Shown in pieces: positions 49,436 through 60,512 of a stretch of 64,000 nt of DNA. Source of the DNA: Chiloscyllium plagiosum (Eukaryota). Within the stretch, counting starts at the first letter, position 1; the number at the start of each line of letters is the position of its first letter. A program made the translations under genes and the position numbers. The notes below the pieces were generated by a model, which made no database searches, was not told the origin of the DNA, and worked only from the letters and a program-made list of their open reading frames with translations. The stretch is taken from NCBI RefSeq assembly GCF_004010195.1, contig NC_057719.1:49591400-49655399 (forward strand). Reading direction: 5' to 3'.

Positions 49436-50297
49436 GATGTTCTACATCATGGAAACAGACCCTTCGGTCCAACCCGTCCATGCTGACCAGATATCCTAAC
49501 TTAATCCAGGCCCATTTGGCAGCATTTGGCCCATATTCTTCTAAACCCTTCCTATTTATATACCCATCCAGACACTGTTTAAATGCTATAATTGTATCAG
49601 CCTCCACCACTTCCTCTGGTAGCTCATCCCATACTCACACTACCCTCTGCATGAAAAAGTTGCTTCTTAGATCCCTTTTAACTTTTCCCCCTCTTACCCT
49701 AAACCTATTCCCTCTAGTTCTGGACTTCCCCACCCCTGGGAAGAGGTCTTGTCTGTTTACCCTATCCATGCCCCTCATGATTTTATAAACATCTGTAAGG
49801 TCACCCTCAGCCTCCGACAAGGAAACAACCTCAGCCTAATCAGCCTCTCCCTATAGCTCAAACCCTCTACCCCTGACAACATGCTTGTGAATCTTTTTGG
49901 AACCCTTTCAAGTTTCACAACATCCTTCCTATAGGAAGGAGACCAAAATTGCAAACAGTATTCTAATAGTGGCCTAACCAATGTCCTGTACAGCCGCAAC
50001 ATGACCTCCCAACTCCTATACTCAATACTCTGACCAATAAAGGAAAGCATACCAAATGCCTTCTTCACTGTTCTATTTACCTGTAACTCCACCTTCAAGG
50101 AACTATGAACCTGAACTCCAAGGTCTCTTTGTTCAGCAACACTCCCCAGGACATTACCATTAAACACATCCTGCTCTGATTTGCTTTTCCAAAATGCACC
50201 ACTTGACATCTATCTAAATTAAACTCTATCTGCCACTCTTCAGTCCATTGGCCCATCTGATCAAGATCCTGTTGTACTCTGCGGTAACTTTCTTCAG
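49436..50297 (-). mobile_element. CR1 (HER1-type) 3' portion
   Basis: EQRDLGVQVHSSLK, LVRPLLEYCLQFWSP; tail-to-tail with the preceding CR1. Confidence 0.92.
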
Positions 50298-50996
50298 TGC
50301 TTATATTCATATAATCAGTCGTAACAAGTTACATTGTGTTCAGCTATATTTCTTCTTTCATAGCTTGGATACAATTTAATGTGAAAATATCAGATAAATC
50401 TAAGAAGGTTGTGTAAAGGATTGAAGAGCTGAAAATTAAAGAAATCCAAACAATGGACTGCGAGTCCACTTTGAGTCTGGACTGTTTTCAATTCAGCCAA
50501 AAAACACAGGGTACCCAGTTCTCTTTGAAGTTACACTTAATCCTTATCCAGTTTAGAAATTGTGGACCTGCAAGTTTTAGAAGTTTGAAGAAGTTAAAAT
50601 CCAAAATTAGTACCCCTGTTAATTTTAGCTACTTCAAGAAAGTGAGTATTTTTAGGAAAGAGGATTCAAAAATTATGTACAGCCCAAAAATGTAAGTAAA
50701 AGGTGCCACCACATGCATAATGACTATGTGGTATAACAAATCTTTTCCAGCAGCCTACTTGGTGACATGACAGAAGTTATTAACACTGACCATTCACAGC
50801 TCAAGGTGAGGTCCCTTGTTCAAGTACTGTGTGGATTGAAAGTCATAGTCTGAAAAATTAACTTCTATTTGTCTCTCCTCAAGAATGTTACCAAATCTGA
50901 CTATTTTTCATATTTTCTGTTTTTCAGGAGATTCCAACATCTGCAGTATTTTGTTTAAGCCATATGGATTGTTATTTACTCATCTACTTGGAGAAA

Positions 50997-52265
50997 GGCA
51001 GTGGAATGGTAGTAATGTCACTAGACTTGTAATCCAGAGACACAAACTAGTATTCTAAGAACATGGGTTCAAATCCCACTACAACGCACGGTGCAATTTG
51101 ACTTCAAATTAATAAATCTGGAACTAAAAGCTAGTTAAATGGTAACAATTTGTTGTTACAAATACATCTGCTTCAATAGTAATGTTCTTTAGAGCAGGAA
51201 ATCTACCACCCTTACCTGGTCTGGCCTACATTTGCTGCCAGAACCTTTGCAATAAGATACTAAAAAATAGAAACCAGATGGACCATTGGCATTGATTCTG
51301 GCATCTGAAATGGCAACAGCAGACTTTTCAAACTGCCCCTTGTTAATAACTGATAGCTCGTGCTAAAATTAGGAGAGCCCATCTACACACTATTCAAGCA
51401 ACAGCCAGACATTCTCATCCTCACTGTCTCGTGCCTTGACGTAAATGTGTCAGACATTACCATTCCCATTCCTGGGCGTATCCTGTCTCACTGCCAAAGG
51501 TGATGCCACAATGGTACACAACTGTGAGTCTAGACCCCCATAAAGTTTCATAACATCAGGTCAAACATGGACAAGGAAACTTCATACTGATGAATCAGTA
51601 GTTCCCCCTACCCTCCTGCCATGTTGAACATCAACTGCAAGAAGTAGTGAGGGCACAGAATGAATTCTGTTTGGGGTAACTTCAAGAGTGGCACAGGAAT
51701 GTCTCAACTGATCGACCTGACAGCATATGCCCTGAAGGAGACTGATGCTCGGCTGGGGTTGCAACTGGTGATAAGAAATGCAACAACTTGAACTCAACCT
51801 CACTAAAGGTAAAATCACCACAGTCTTATCAGACCATAAGGCTGCTCTTCCATTTCAGAGAGACAACAGGTGGTGGTTTATTGAGGGTCATCATGCCTCA
51901 GGTGAGGTGAGAGGTTGAGAAAGAGAGTCCTTCATGGTAATCTTGGCCACTGCGGGAATTGAACCCACAATATTGGCTGCCAACCGAGCCAACCAACTCC
52001 CTTCATCCTTACTACTTTACTTGTCACAGATGCATCTGTCCATGACAGTACTAGTAAGAGTGACGACTGTACAGTTCTTGTGAAGACAAAGTCTCATTAT
52101 AACATTGCAGATAAACTCCATTGTGTTATGTGGCACTACCACCAAGTTAAAATGGATACATTTCAAAGAGCACTAGAAACATAAACTCGACTGTCCATGG
52201 GGGACTGTGGGCCATCTGCCATGGAAAGATTGTTTTCAACCACAACCTCATAGGCTGGCTATCCC
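50997..52265 (+). mobile_element. Decayed LINE with tRNA/Deu-like head followed by APE endonuclease
   Basis: A-box-like gtggaatggtag; B-box gggttcaaatccc; Deu-like ggaaatctaccacccttacctggtctggcctaca; KLGE..LFKQQPDILILT, QVKHGQGN, HVEH, DASVHDSTSKSD..VLVKTKS. Confidence 0.65.
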
Positions 52266-52818
52266 TAAAATTACCTGAATTAAGTTAGCTAGGTTGACTA
52301 CTAGATTTTAAAACGGACAAAAATTTATTCACAAAATTACACACTGAAACATAAATAACAGAATAAAGAACTCCTATAGAACTCACTCTATCCAAACTTA
52401 ATTATGCTGTTCTGAATATACATATCAGTCCCAATAAGCAAACTCCCTTTATAATCCAGTATAAATAGAACATGTGCCTATAGATTGAAGTTGAAGGACA
52501 GAAAGAGAGGGAGAGAGTTTCCACACAGCTCACTGTCGAACACCTCACCAGTTCAGGACTGAACTAAACTGCTCAGCTAGAGAGCTGACCACTCCCCTTT
52601 CTTCATACAGGTCACTTCTAAAACATGACCACTTTGGCCTGAAGTCTCATCTGTTTACATATAAACAAAAGGCCTCTCAAAATCCTTTTCAACTCTGTAC
52701 CAAACCAGACTGATCGGAGTCTGGCACGGTTTATGACCCTTCTGAAAAAAATCAAGGACAGAGTCTCCTTGAGCCAAGGAACAGCTTTTAGAAAGAAAAA
52801 GAGACTAGTTTTGCCACA
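52266..52818 (-). mobile_element. Probable solo LTR (one end truncated) inside LINE
   Basis: Minus strand begins TGTGGCAA, has AATAAA at ~52324; LINE sequence resumes right after 52818. Confidence 0.45.
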
Positions 52819-52869
52819 ATCAGCCCTGGTTGAATGAAAAATGCAAAGGACATGCCAGGATCACTATCA

Positions 52870-53330
52870 GGACCCAGGGCCTTTGCCGTTTCCAGTAATT
52901 TCAGCCATTCTTTGCTATAATGTGAAGTGAATTGAATTGGTTCAATCGTCAATGACCTCTGGAGGAGACCAAGATGGATCAAATACTTGGCACTTCTTGG
53001 TAAAGATGCATACAAATCCTTAAGCCTTTTTTTTTTACTGTAATGGGTTAGACTCTACCATTATTGAGAATGGGGATATTTGTGAAGCCTCCTCCTCCTA
53101 TTAGTTGTTTAATTGTGTACCACCATTCATAACTGGATGTGGCAGAACTGGAAAGTCTCGATCTTATCTGTTGGATATGGAATCACATAGCCCTGTCCAT
53201 TGCATACTGCTGCAGCTGTTTGGCATCCAAATAGCTTCACCGAGTTGACACCACAATTTTAGGTATGCCAGGTACTGTTCCTAACAGGCCCTCCTGCAAA
53301 AAAATCAGGATTGGCTCTCCAGTTTTGTCA
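52870..53330 (-). mobile_element. Inverted LINE ORF2 fragment
   Basis: PIQFTSHYSKEWLKLLETAKALGPD, the pre-RT KA.GPD motif. Confidence 0.6.
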
Positions 53331-53339
53331 TAAAGCTTC

Positions 53340-54592
53340 TAGAATCATACAGCACAGAAACAGACCTTTTGGTCCAATCAGTCCATGCCGACCATAATCC
53401 CAAACTAAACTAGTCCTTCTACCTCTGCCTGGCCCTTATTCCTCCAAATCTTCCTTATTCATGCATTTATCCAAATGCCTTTTAAATGTTGAAGTTGTAC
53501 CCACATTTACCACTTCCTCTGATAAACTGCACATTTATCCAAATTAAACTCCATCTGTCAAGATCTCTTTGTAATCTTAAGACAACCTTCTTCATTGTCC
53601 ATTATGCTGCCAATTTTGGTATCATCTGCAAACTTACTAACCATGCTTTCTATATTCTCATCTAAATCATTTATATAAATGTCAAGCAAAATCAGACCCA
53701 ACGTTGATCCCTGAGGAACAGGCCTTCTGTCCAAAAAAACCACTCTCTATCTCCTGCCGTTAAGCCAATTTTGTATCCCATTGGCAAGCTCACCCTGAAT
53801 CCCACGTAATCTAACTTTTTGAATTAGGCCACCATGTGGAACCTTGTTAAAGGCTTTACTAACGTCCAAGTAAATGGTGTCTACCGCTCTGCCCTCAACA
53901 ATGTTTTTGGTTACTTCCTCAAAAAACTCAATCAAATTTGTGAGATATGGTTTCCCTTGCACACAAGCATGCTGACTATCCCTATACATTCTTTGCTTCT
54001 CAAAATGCATAAAACTCCCATATTTTGGAATCACTTCCAACAACATGCCCACCACTGAAGTCAGAATCACAGGTCTATAGTTTCCAAGATTCCTATATTC
54101 CTTTTTAAACAAAGGCACAACGTTAGCCACACTCCAATTACCTGTCACCCTTTTGGTAGTTGTATATATACTTCTGAAAGGGGCCCTGCAATTTCCTCTG
54201 TAACTTCCCACAATATCCTGGGATACACTAGATCAGGTCCTGGAGATTGACCCATTTTTGTATTTTCTAAGACCTCCAGCACTTCCTCTTCTGTAATGTG
54301 AATGGTTTCCAAAACATCCATATTTATTTCTCTGCACTCTCCATCGCCCATTTCTTTCTCCACAGTAATGACTGATGTGAAATATTCATTTAATATCTCT
54401 CCCATCTCATGAAGTTCAACATAAAGAAAACCTCTTTGATCATTAAAGGCACTTTTCTCTCTCTCTAGTTGTTCTCTTAATGTACTTGTAGAATCTCCCT
54501 GGATTATCCTTAACCTTATCTGTCAAGGCTATCTCACATCCCCTCTTTGCCTTCCTGATTTCCCTTTTAAGGATGCCCCTGCACTCTTTGTA
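53340..54592 (-). mobile_element. CR1 ORF2 fragment with internal deletion
   Basis: [44 protein letters not shown]. Confidence 0.9.
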
Positions 54593-55352
54593 CTGTAATC
54601 TAGAAAAATAGGTTAATAAAAAATACAAGATCAGTATCAGAAACCTTAGTTACGACCCTGCTTGGACTAAGAAGTATACATGTACAATTGGAGGAGTCTT
54701 CCTGTGAACTTCAGGGCCAGGAGCATTCTCCATTGAAGCAGTTGAGTTCAGGCTGTAAATCTACACAGCTAGCAGTGAAAAGGATTGACGTTGAAACTGC
54801 ACTGCACTTTTCAACACCAGCTGCAGCATTCCAAGATTTAAAAAGTCATTGGGAGAGAGTGGCACATGTCTGAGATTGGGGTGATGTTGGGGTGTCAAGT
54901 GGGTTTCTGGCAGTCAGAGGGGTGGTCAGGTGTCTATGCAATGTCAGTTTAAGTGATTGAGAAGGTCACTTCTACCATGAGCCAGGAGTTACACAATGTT
55001 TAGTTCTATTTGGATAGAAATGGAATACTGTGCTCATGTGCTTTCTGTAGCCATGTGGCCTATGCCATAATCCACATTCACTGCAGGCAGCCACCTCACA
55101 GGCAGATCTAATGAAGACAGAGGGCAAGAAACATTGTCCTAGATACTCCAAATACTATTGGAACAGATTCAACTTACGATAATCCTGTTAAAAAGTACCC
55201 ATTTACTTTTGCAGATTTCTCCAGGCAATATTCTGAGTCTGGTCTGGCGTGAATGCATCCATTGGAGATAACGAGAGAGAAGTCCAACCAATGTCAGAGT
55301 AGCATTACAGATCAGGACATGCCGCTTTTTTATGACAATGATGCTGTATTTC

Positions 55353-58282
55353 TGGTTTGGAGGTGTCGGTGTTGAACTGGGATGTACAAAGTTAAAAATC
55401 ACACACAAGATTATAGTCCAACAGGTTTATTTGGAAGTCGAGCTTTCAGAGCGCTGTTCCTTCATCAGGTGGTTGTGGAGTATAAGATCATAAGACACAA
55501 CATTTATTGTGTGTGTGTGTGCTCGGCCACTCTGCGTTGTTGCCTGTCCCGAAGTCCGCCTTGGAGGATGGTCACCCAAAGGTCCAAGGTCGAATGTCCC
55601 AGGCCGCTGAAGTGTTCCCTAAATGCGAGGGAATACTCTTGGCTGGCAATAGTGTGGTCTCCATTCATCCATTGCCGTAGCCTCTGCTCGGTCTCACCAA
55701 TGTACCATGCCTCAGGGCATCCTTGCCTGCAGCATATGAGATAGACAACGTTGACCAAGTCACATGATTACCTGACATGTACATGGTGGGTAGTATCCCC
55801 ACGTATAATGGTGGTATCCATATCGACACTCTGACACGTCTTGCAGCGGTTGCTATGACAGGGTTTTATGGTGTTGTCCTGAAGGAAGGGCAATTTGCTG
55901 TGAACAATGATCTGTAGTGGTTTAAAGGTGAGTAGTGGAGGCGTGGGGAAGGTCTTGATGAGGTGCTCATCCTCATCGATAACGTGTTGCAGGCTGCGAA
56001 GAATATGGCATACTCATTCATTCCCGGGAAGTACTGAACAACCTGTCGGTTGCAGCTCGTGTCTGTCTCCTGAGGAGGTCATTACGGTTTCTCGCAGTTG
56101 TACATTGGAACTGACGATCGACGGGTTGAGCATTGAACCCCATTCTTATGAGGGCATTCTTGAATACTTCCAAGTGCACATCACATTCCCCCTCATCTGA
56201 GCAGATCCTGTGTATGCGTAGGGCTTGTCTGTAGGGGATGGCTGTTTTAGTATGTTTAGGGTGGAAGTTGGAGAAGTGTAGCATCGTGAGGTTATCTGTG
56301 GGTTTGCGGTACAGTGAGGGACTGAAGTGCCCATCCTTGATAGAGATGCATGTGTCTAAGAATGAGACAGATAGTAGAGAGTAATCCATGGTGAGTTTGA
56401 TGGTGGGATGAAACTCGTTCATATCACTGTGTAGTTTCATCAGTGACTCCTCGCCATGGGTCCAGAGGAAGAAAATGTCATCAAGGTATAGTGTTGGATT
56501 GGAGATCCTGCGTAGAGAAGAAGTCTCGTTCAAACTTGTGCATGAAGATATTGGCATAGTGGGGTGCAAATTTGGTCCCCATGGCTGTTCCGTGTATCTG
56601 GATGAAGAACTGGTTATCAAAGGTGAAAACATTATGGTCGAGGATAAAGCAGATGAGTTGTAGGATGGTGTTTGGAGATTGGCAGTTGTTGGTGTTGAGT
56701 ACTGAGGCTGCTGCCGCAATGCCGTCATTGTGGGGGATGCTGATGTAGAGTGCTGCAATGTCCATTATGACAAAGAGAGTTACCGGTTCGACTGGTCCTG
56801 GGTGTTGAGTTTCTGTTAGAAATCTGTAGTGTCGCCACAGAAGCTGGGGGTCCCTGTACTAAGCATTTCAAGATGCCTTTGACATAGCCAGAGAGGTTCT
56901 CACACAGAGTTCCATTGCCTGATACAATGGGATGTTCTGGTGTGTTGGCTTTGTGTGTTGGCAGTGTGTTGGCAGTGAAGTCACCTACACAAGGAGTTAG
57001 TGGGATGAGTGCGCGTAGGGAACTCTGAAGAACTGGATCCAAAGTCCTGATCAATGTGTTTAGTTCAACAGTATAGTTCTTTGGTCGGATTGGCCTGTAG
57101 TTGCCTGTAGTGTTCCTGGTTGTTCAGTTGTGAGTACACTTCCTGGTAGAAATCTATTCTATTCTGAATGAAGAATGCTCCTCCTTTATCTGCTGGTTTG
57201 ATGGCAATGTTGTGATTGGTTTTAAGAGCATGGATGGCGTTGCGTTGTAATCGGGTGAATGTTTTACTCTACCTTGTGGGTGTAGCTGATGAATCTGGCA
57301 TTTATATATTTCCTGACGGTTTGAGCATACATGTCAAGCCCAGGGCAGCAGCCCTCTGGTAGGGTCCAAGTTGACTCCTTCTTTGGTCACCCCTCTATGA
57401 ATTCCTGTAATAACTGTTCTGGTTCCTCGGTGGGCTCATTGGGATCACTACTGGCATCTTGAAAGAATTCCCTGAGTTTCATTCGGAGTTCTGTACCTAT
57501 GGGTATGGCCTCAACCAGGACCTTGGGTTCATGTCACACCACAAGTGACCCCACTGCACTACACATTCTCTCACACATACGCACACAAGGGCATGCACGC
57601 ATGCGCACCCATACACACACACGCGTGCACTAGCACAAGCACACAAACTCCTATAGACCCATATACTCACGCAAACACTCTCTCATACACAAGCTCTCTC
57701 TCATATACTCACACATACACACCTCCTACACTCACACCCACACCTGCACCCTCTCACAGACTTATACCCCTTTACACTCATATGCATACACACACACACA
57801 CTCTCTCACAGACACTCATACACCCCACACACACACATATATAAGATTGTGGAGCAAATTTGTACTTGCAGAATTACATTTTATTTTGCTCAAAAACTGC
57901 TTGAATCTATGTTAGATTCTGTAAATCCCTTTTTTGGAAATAGAATCTGTCTGAACATCGGGGCACAAATAGATAGACTATAACCTCACACTTTCAATCC
58001 ATTATCTGAGCTGACATGGCATTTATTGTTAAACTTCACTTGAGAATGTAACTTTAACTTTCATTTACATATGAAAGAACTGAAACCAACATTGTCATTC
58101 TAAAAGGTGAGAGACTTAACTAACAATACAAGTCATTTTCGATATATCATTTCAGTTGCATCACACTGTAAACTTTTACTATAAATCTTGTGTCTTAAGA
58201 TCTTATACACCACAACCACCTGATGAAGGAGCAGCACTTCGAAAGCTAGTGTTTCCAAATAAACATGTTGGACTATAACCTA
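55353..58282 (-). mobile_element. Penelope-like element (RT + GIY-YIG) with an inverted upstream pLTR
   Basis: IKPADKGG; MDIAALYISIPHNDG; QIHGTAMGTKFAPHYANIFM; YLDDIFFLW; LYRKPTD; GIY-YIG NVVYLICC..WYIGETEQRLRQWM. 57480-58282 is a plus-strand copy of the 3' end (GLNQDLGFMSH*, CA-rich tract, pLTR). 12-bp TSD atgctgtatttc (55341-55352, 58283-58294). Confidence 0.93.
58213..58255 (+). ncRNA. Minimal hammerhead ribozyme in Penelope pLTR
   Basis: cac-CTGATGA-aggagcagcacttc-GAAA-GC-TA-gtg: core, stem I cac/gtg, palindromic AGCT. Confidence 0.6.
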
Positions 58283-58980
58283 ATGCTGTATTTCAGGAGT
58301 TAAAGGCCCCAAAACCACTGACAATGACGGAGGAGAAAATAAATCTATAAGGTCAGAGAGGTAATGTGCCAGGTGGGGAACAGAAGTAAGGTGCCAAGTG
58401 GGTAAGAGATTATAGGGTGTCAGGTGGGTGTAGGAGATAGGCTGCCAGGCATATGTGGGAGGTAGGATGCTAGATGGGTACCTATGGTAGGTTGGGAGGA
58501 GGGTCAGTTATTGTCAGGAGTGGTATTTGAATGCAGCAGGGCCAGACTGGGTGGGAAGATAGTACCTACTCAAGCAGGCTGGGGCTTTAGGCAGCATTGG
58601 TGGAAGATTATTGGGTTCAACAGCTATCATAGAGTCAATGATGATTTTGGGAGAAAGTTGATAGTTACCAAGGGCTTCGAATAGGTTTTTATCTCACCTT
58701 TCCAGGGTAACTATTGAGCTTAAATGAATTTGAACCCTCTAAATTCTCTGAGATTAATTTATTCTTTTGGAGGGATCCAGACACAGGGAAATTCCTCACT
58801 GGAAAATTTAACTTCATGGGCAATTCTCAAGGGTTCTGTTGCATTGGGGATTCTGTACGGTCCTGACACACAACAACTGTCCATGTTGCTCCAGCAACTC
58901 TCTGACCATCAAATATTTAGGCCACTGTAGTGCTGTAACAAATCTATCTGCTTCTCCTGACTTACTTTTCAGGTACTTCA

Positions 58981-59241
58981 GGGCAGCATGGTGGCTCAGT
59001 GGTCAACACTGCTGCCTGGGTTCAATTCCAGTCTTGGGCAACTGTCTGTGTTGAGTTTGTGCATTCTCCCTGTGTCTGTGTAGGTTTCCTACAACAGTAC
59101 AGGAATATGTAGGTTTGGCAAATTAGCCAGGGGAATGCAGGGTTATAGGGTGGGGTGGGGGGGGGTATTGGATGCTCTTCAGAGGGTCAGTTTGGATTCG
59201 ATGGGCCAAATGGCCTGCTTTCACATTGTAGGGATTCTATG
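58981..59241 (+). mobile_element. V-SINE, diverged
   Basis: gggcagcatggtggctcagtgg...gggttcaattcc; V-domain remnants; gtagggattctatg tail. Confidence 0.8.
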
Positions 59242-59554
59242 AAGTCAGTTAGGACCCTCTAAAGCCTGCAGTTGTAATTCAATTGGGGACTTTTTCAAAG
59301 AGTTCCAGACGAGGTAATTGCCCATCAAGAGTTTCCATTTTCTGTACAATTCCCATATATTCAATTCTACATGCTCCAGGGGAATATCTTTCAGTGTACA
59401 TCCAGCCTCCAACTGTCCTCACTCCTGAACATTAGGGCAGTCATTTCTCAGGACCTGACATCAGCTTGAATTTCTATCGGTTCTTACTTAATTAATTTAG
59501 AACTGACTCAGCATGTTGGCAGCTGCAAAGCAGTTTAGTTTAAATATTTCTCAC

Positions 59555-59637
59555 CTCCAATTTGCGAGGAGGATGTTTTTTGATAATGCTCCTTTCCCCA
59601 TCATCCAAAGGGCTTTCAAATGAGGAGGCGTGAGGTA
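59555..59637 (-). CDS. CCDC198: CCDC198 (C14orf105/FAME) internal coding exon, most 5' exon seen in window
   Basis: Minus strand tttttcaag|TACCTCAC...AAATTGGAG|gtgaga; 83 nt, phase 1 to 0. Translates xPHASSFESPLDDGERSIIKKHPPRKLE, matching remembered human CCDC198 'FDIPLEHRETSIIKRHPPQRLQ'. Confidence 0.88.
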
Positions 59638-59739
59638 CTTGAAAAATGAAAACATAAAGAAAAACAGAGAGTCATACAGTTTTAACAGCATGTCCACGTG
59701 GTCATCAAGCATTATGTTGCATGTTCTAATCCCACTTTC

Positions 59740-60250
59740 CAGCATTTAGCCTATTGTTTTGCACTTGCATTTCAAGTGGAAATCTAAATACGTCTTAAAT
59801 ATCTTAATGGTTCTTACATGAACCATCCTTTCAGTAGTGAGCTCCACATATACACAATCCGCTAGGTGATTTATTTTTCTTTCAAATCTCCTTTAAACCT
59901 GCATACCTTAAATCTGTGCCCCCGGTTGCTGGCCCCCCTACTAAGGGGAAAGATTTCTCCCTATCAATGCCCTTCATTACTTTGTACACTTCAATCAGGT
60001 CCCGCCTCAGCCATCTCTGCTCTAAAAAATACAACTCCAGCCTATCCAGTCTCTATTCATAGCTGAATCACTCTATTCAGCAACATCCTGGCGATCTCCT
60101 TCACACAGTCTCTCGTGCAATCACATCCTTCCTACAGAATGGCGACCAGACCTACACACAGTACTTCAGCTGCAGCCTAACTCATGACCTCCCTGCTCTT
60201 ATCGTCAATGCCTTTATAATAAAGGCAAGTATCCTATATACCTACTGAAC
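59740..60250 (-). mobile_element. Degenerate CR1 3' fragment
   Basis: Reverse complement of LKYCV..WSP and RGHRFKV-type sequence. Confidence 0.65.
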
Positions 60251-60261
60251 CAGCTGTCTTG

Positions 60262-60512
60262 GGGTGGCTCAGTGGTTAGCATTGCTGCCTCACAGTGCCA
60301 GGGACCTGGGTTCAAGTTCAGCCTTAGGCGACTACCTGTGTGGAGTTTGTACGTTCTCTATTTGTCTATGTAGGTCCCCAGTGGGTGCTTTGGTTTCCTC
60401 CCACAGTTCAAAGATGTGCAGGTTAAGTGGATTGTCCAGTGTCCAGGGATGTGTAAATTAGGTGGATTAGCCATGGGAATTACAGGGTAGGAGGCTGAGT
60501 CTGGGTGGGCCA
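60262..60512 (+). mobile_element. V-SINE, interrupted at its 3' part by the Tx1-like LINE
   Basis: gtggctcagtggttagcattgctgcctcacag...gggttcaagttc; V-domain. Confidence 0.85.

Noticed and set aside
55177..55351. Exon-like minus-strand segment with strong gtaagt donor
   Set aside because: The apparent acceptor comes from the Penelope end, the peptide has no CCDC198 similarity, and the flanking exons already join collinearly with the human protein.
57545..57844. His/Thr-rich 99-aa ORF
   Set aside because: Translation of the CA-rich tract in the Penelope 3' region.
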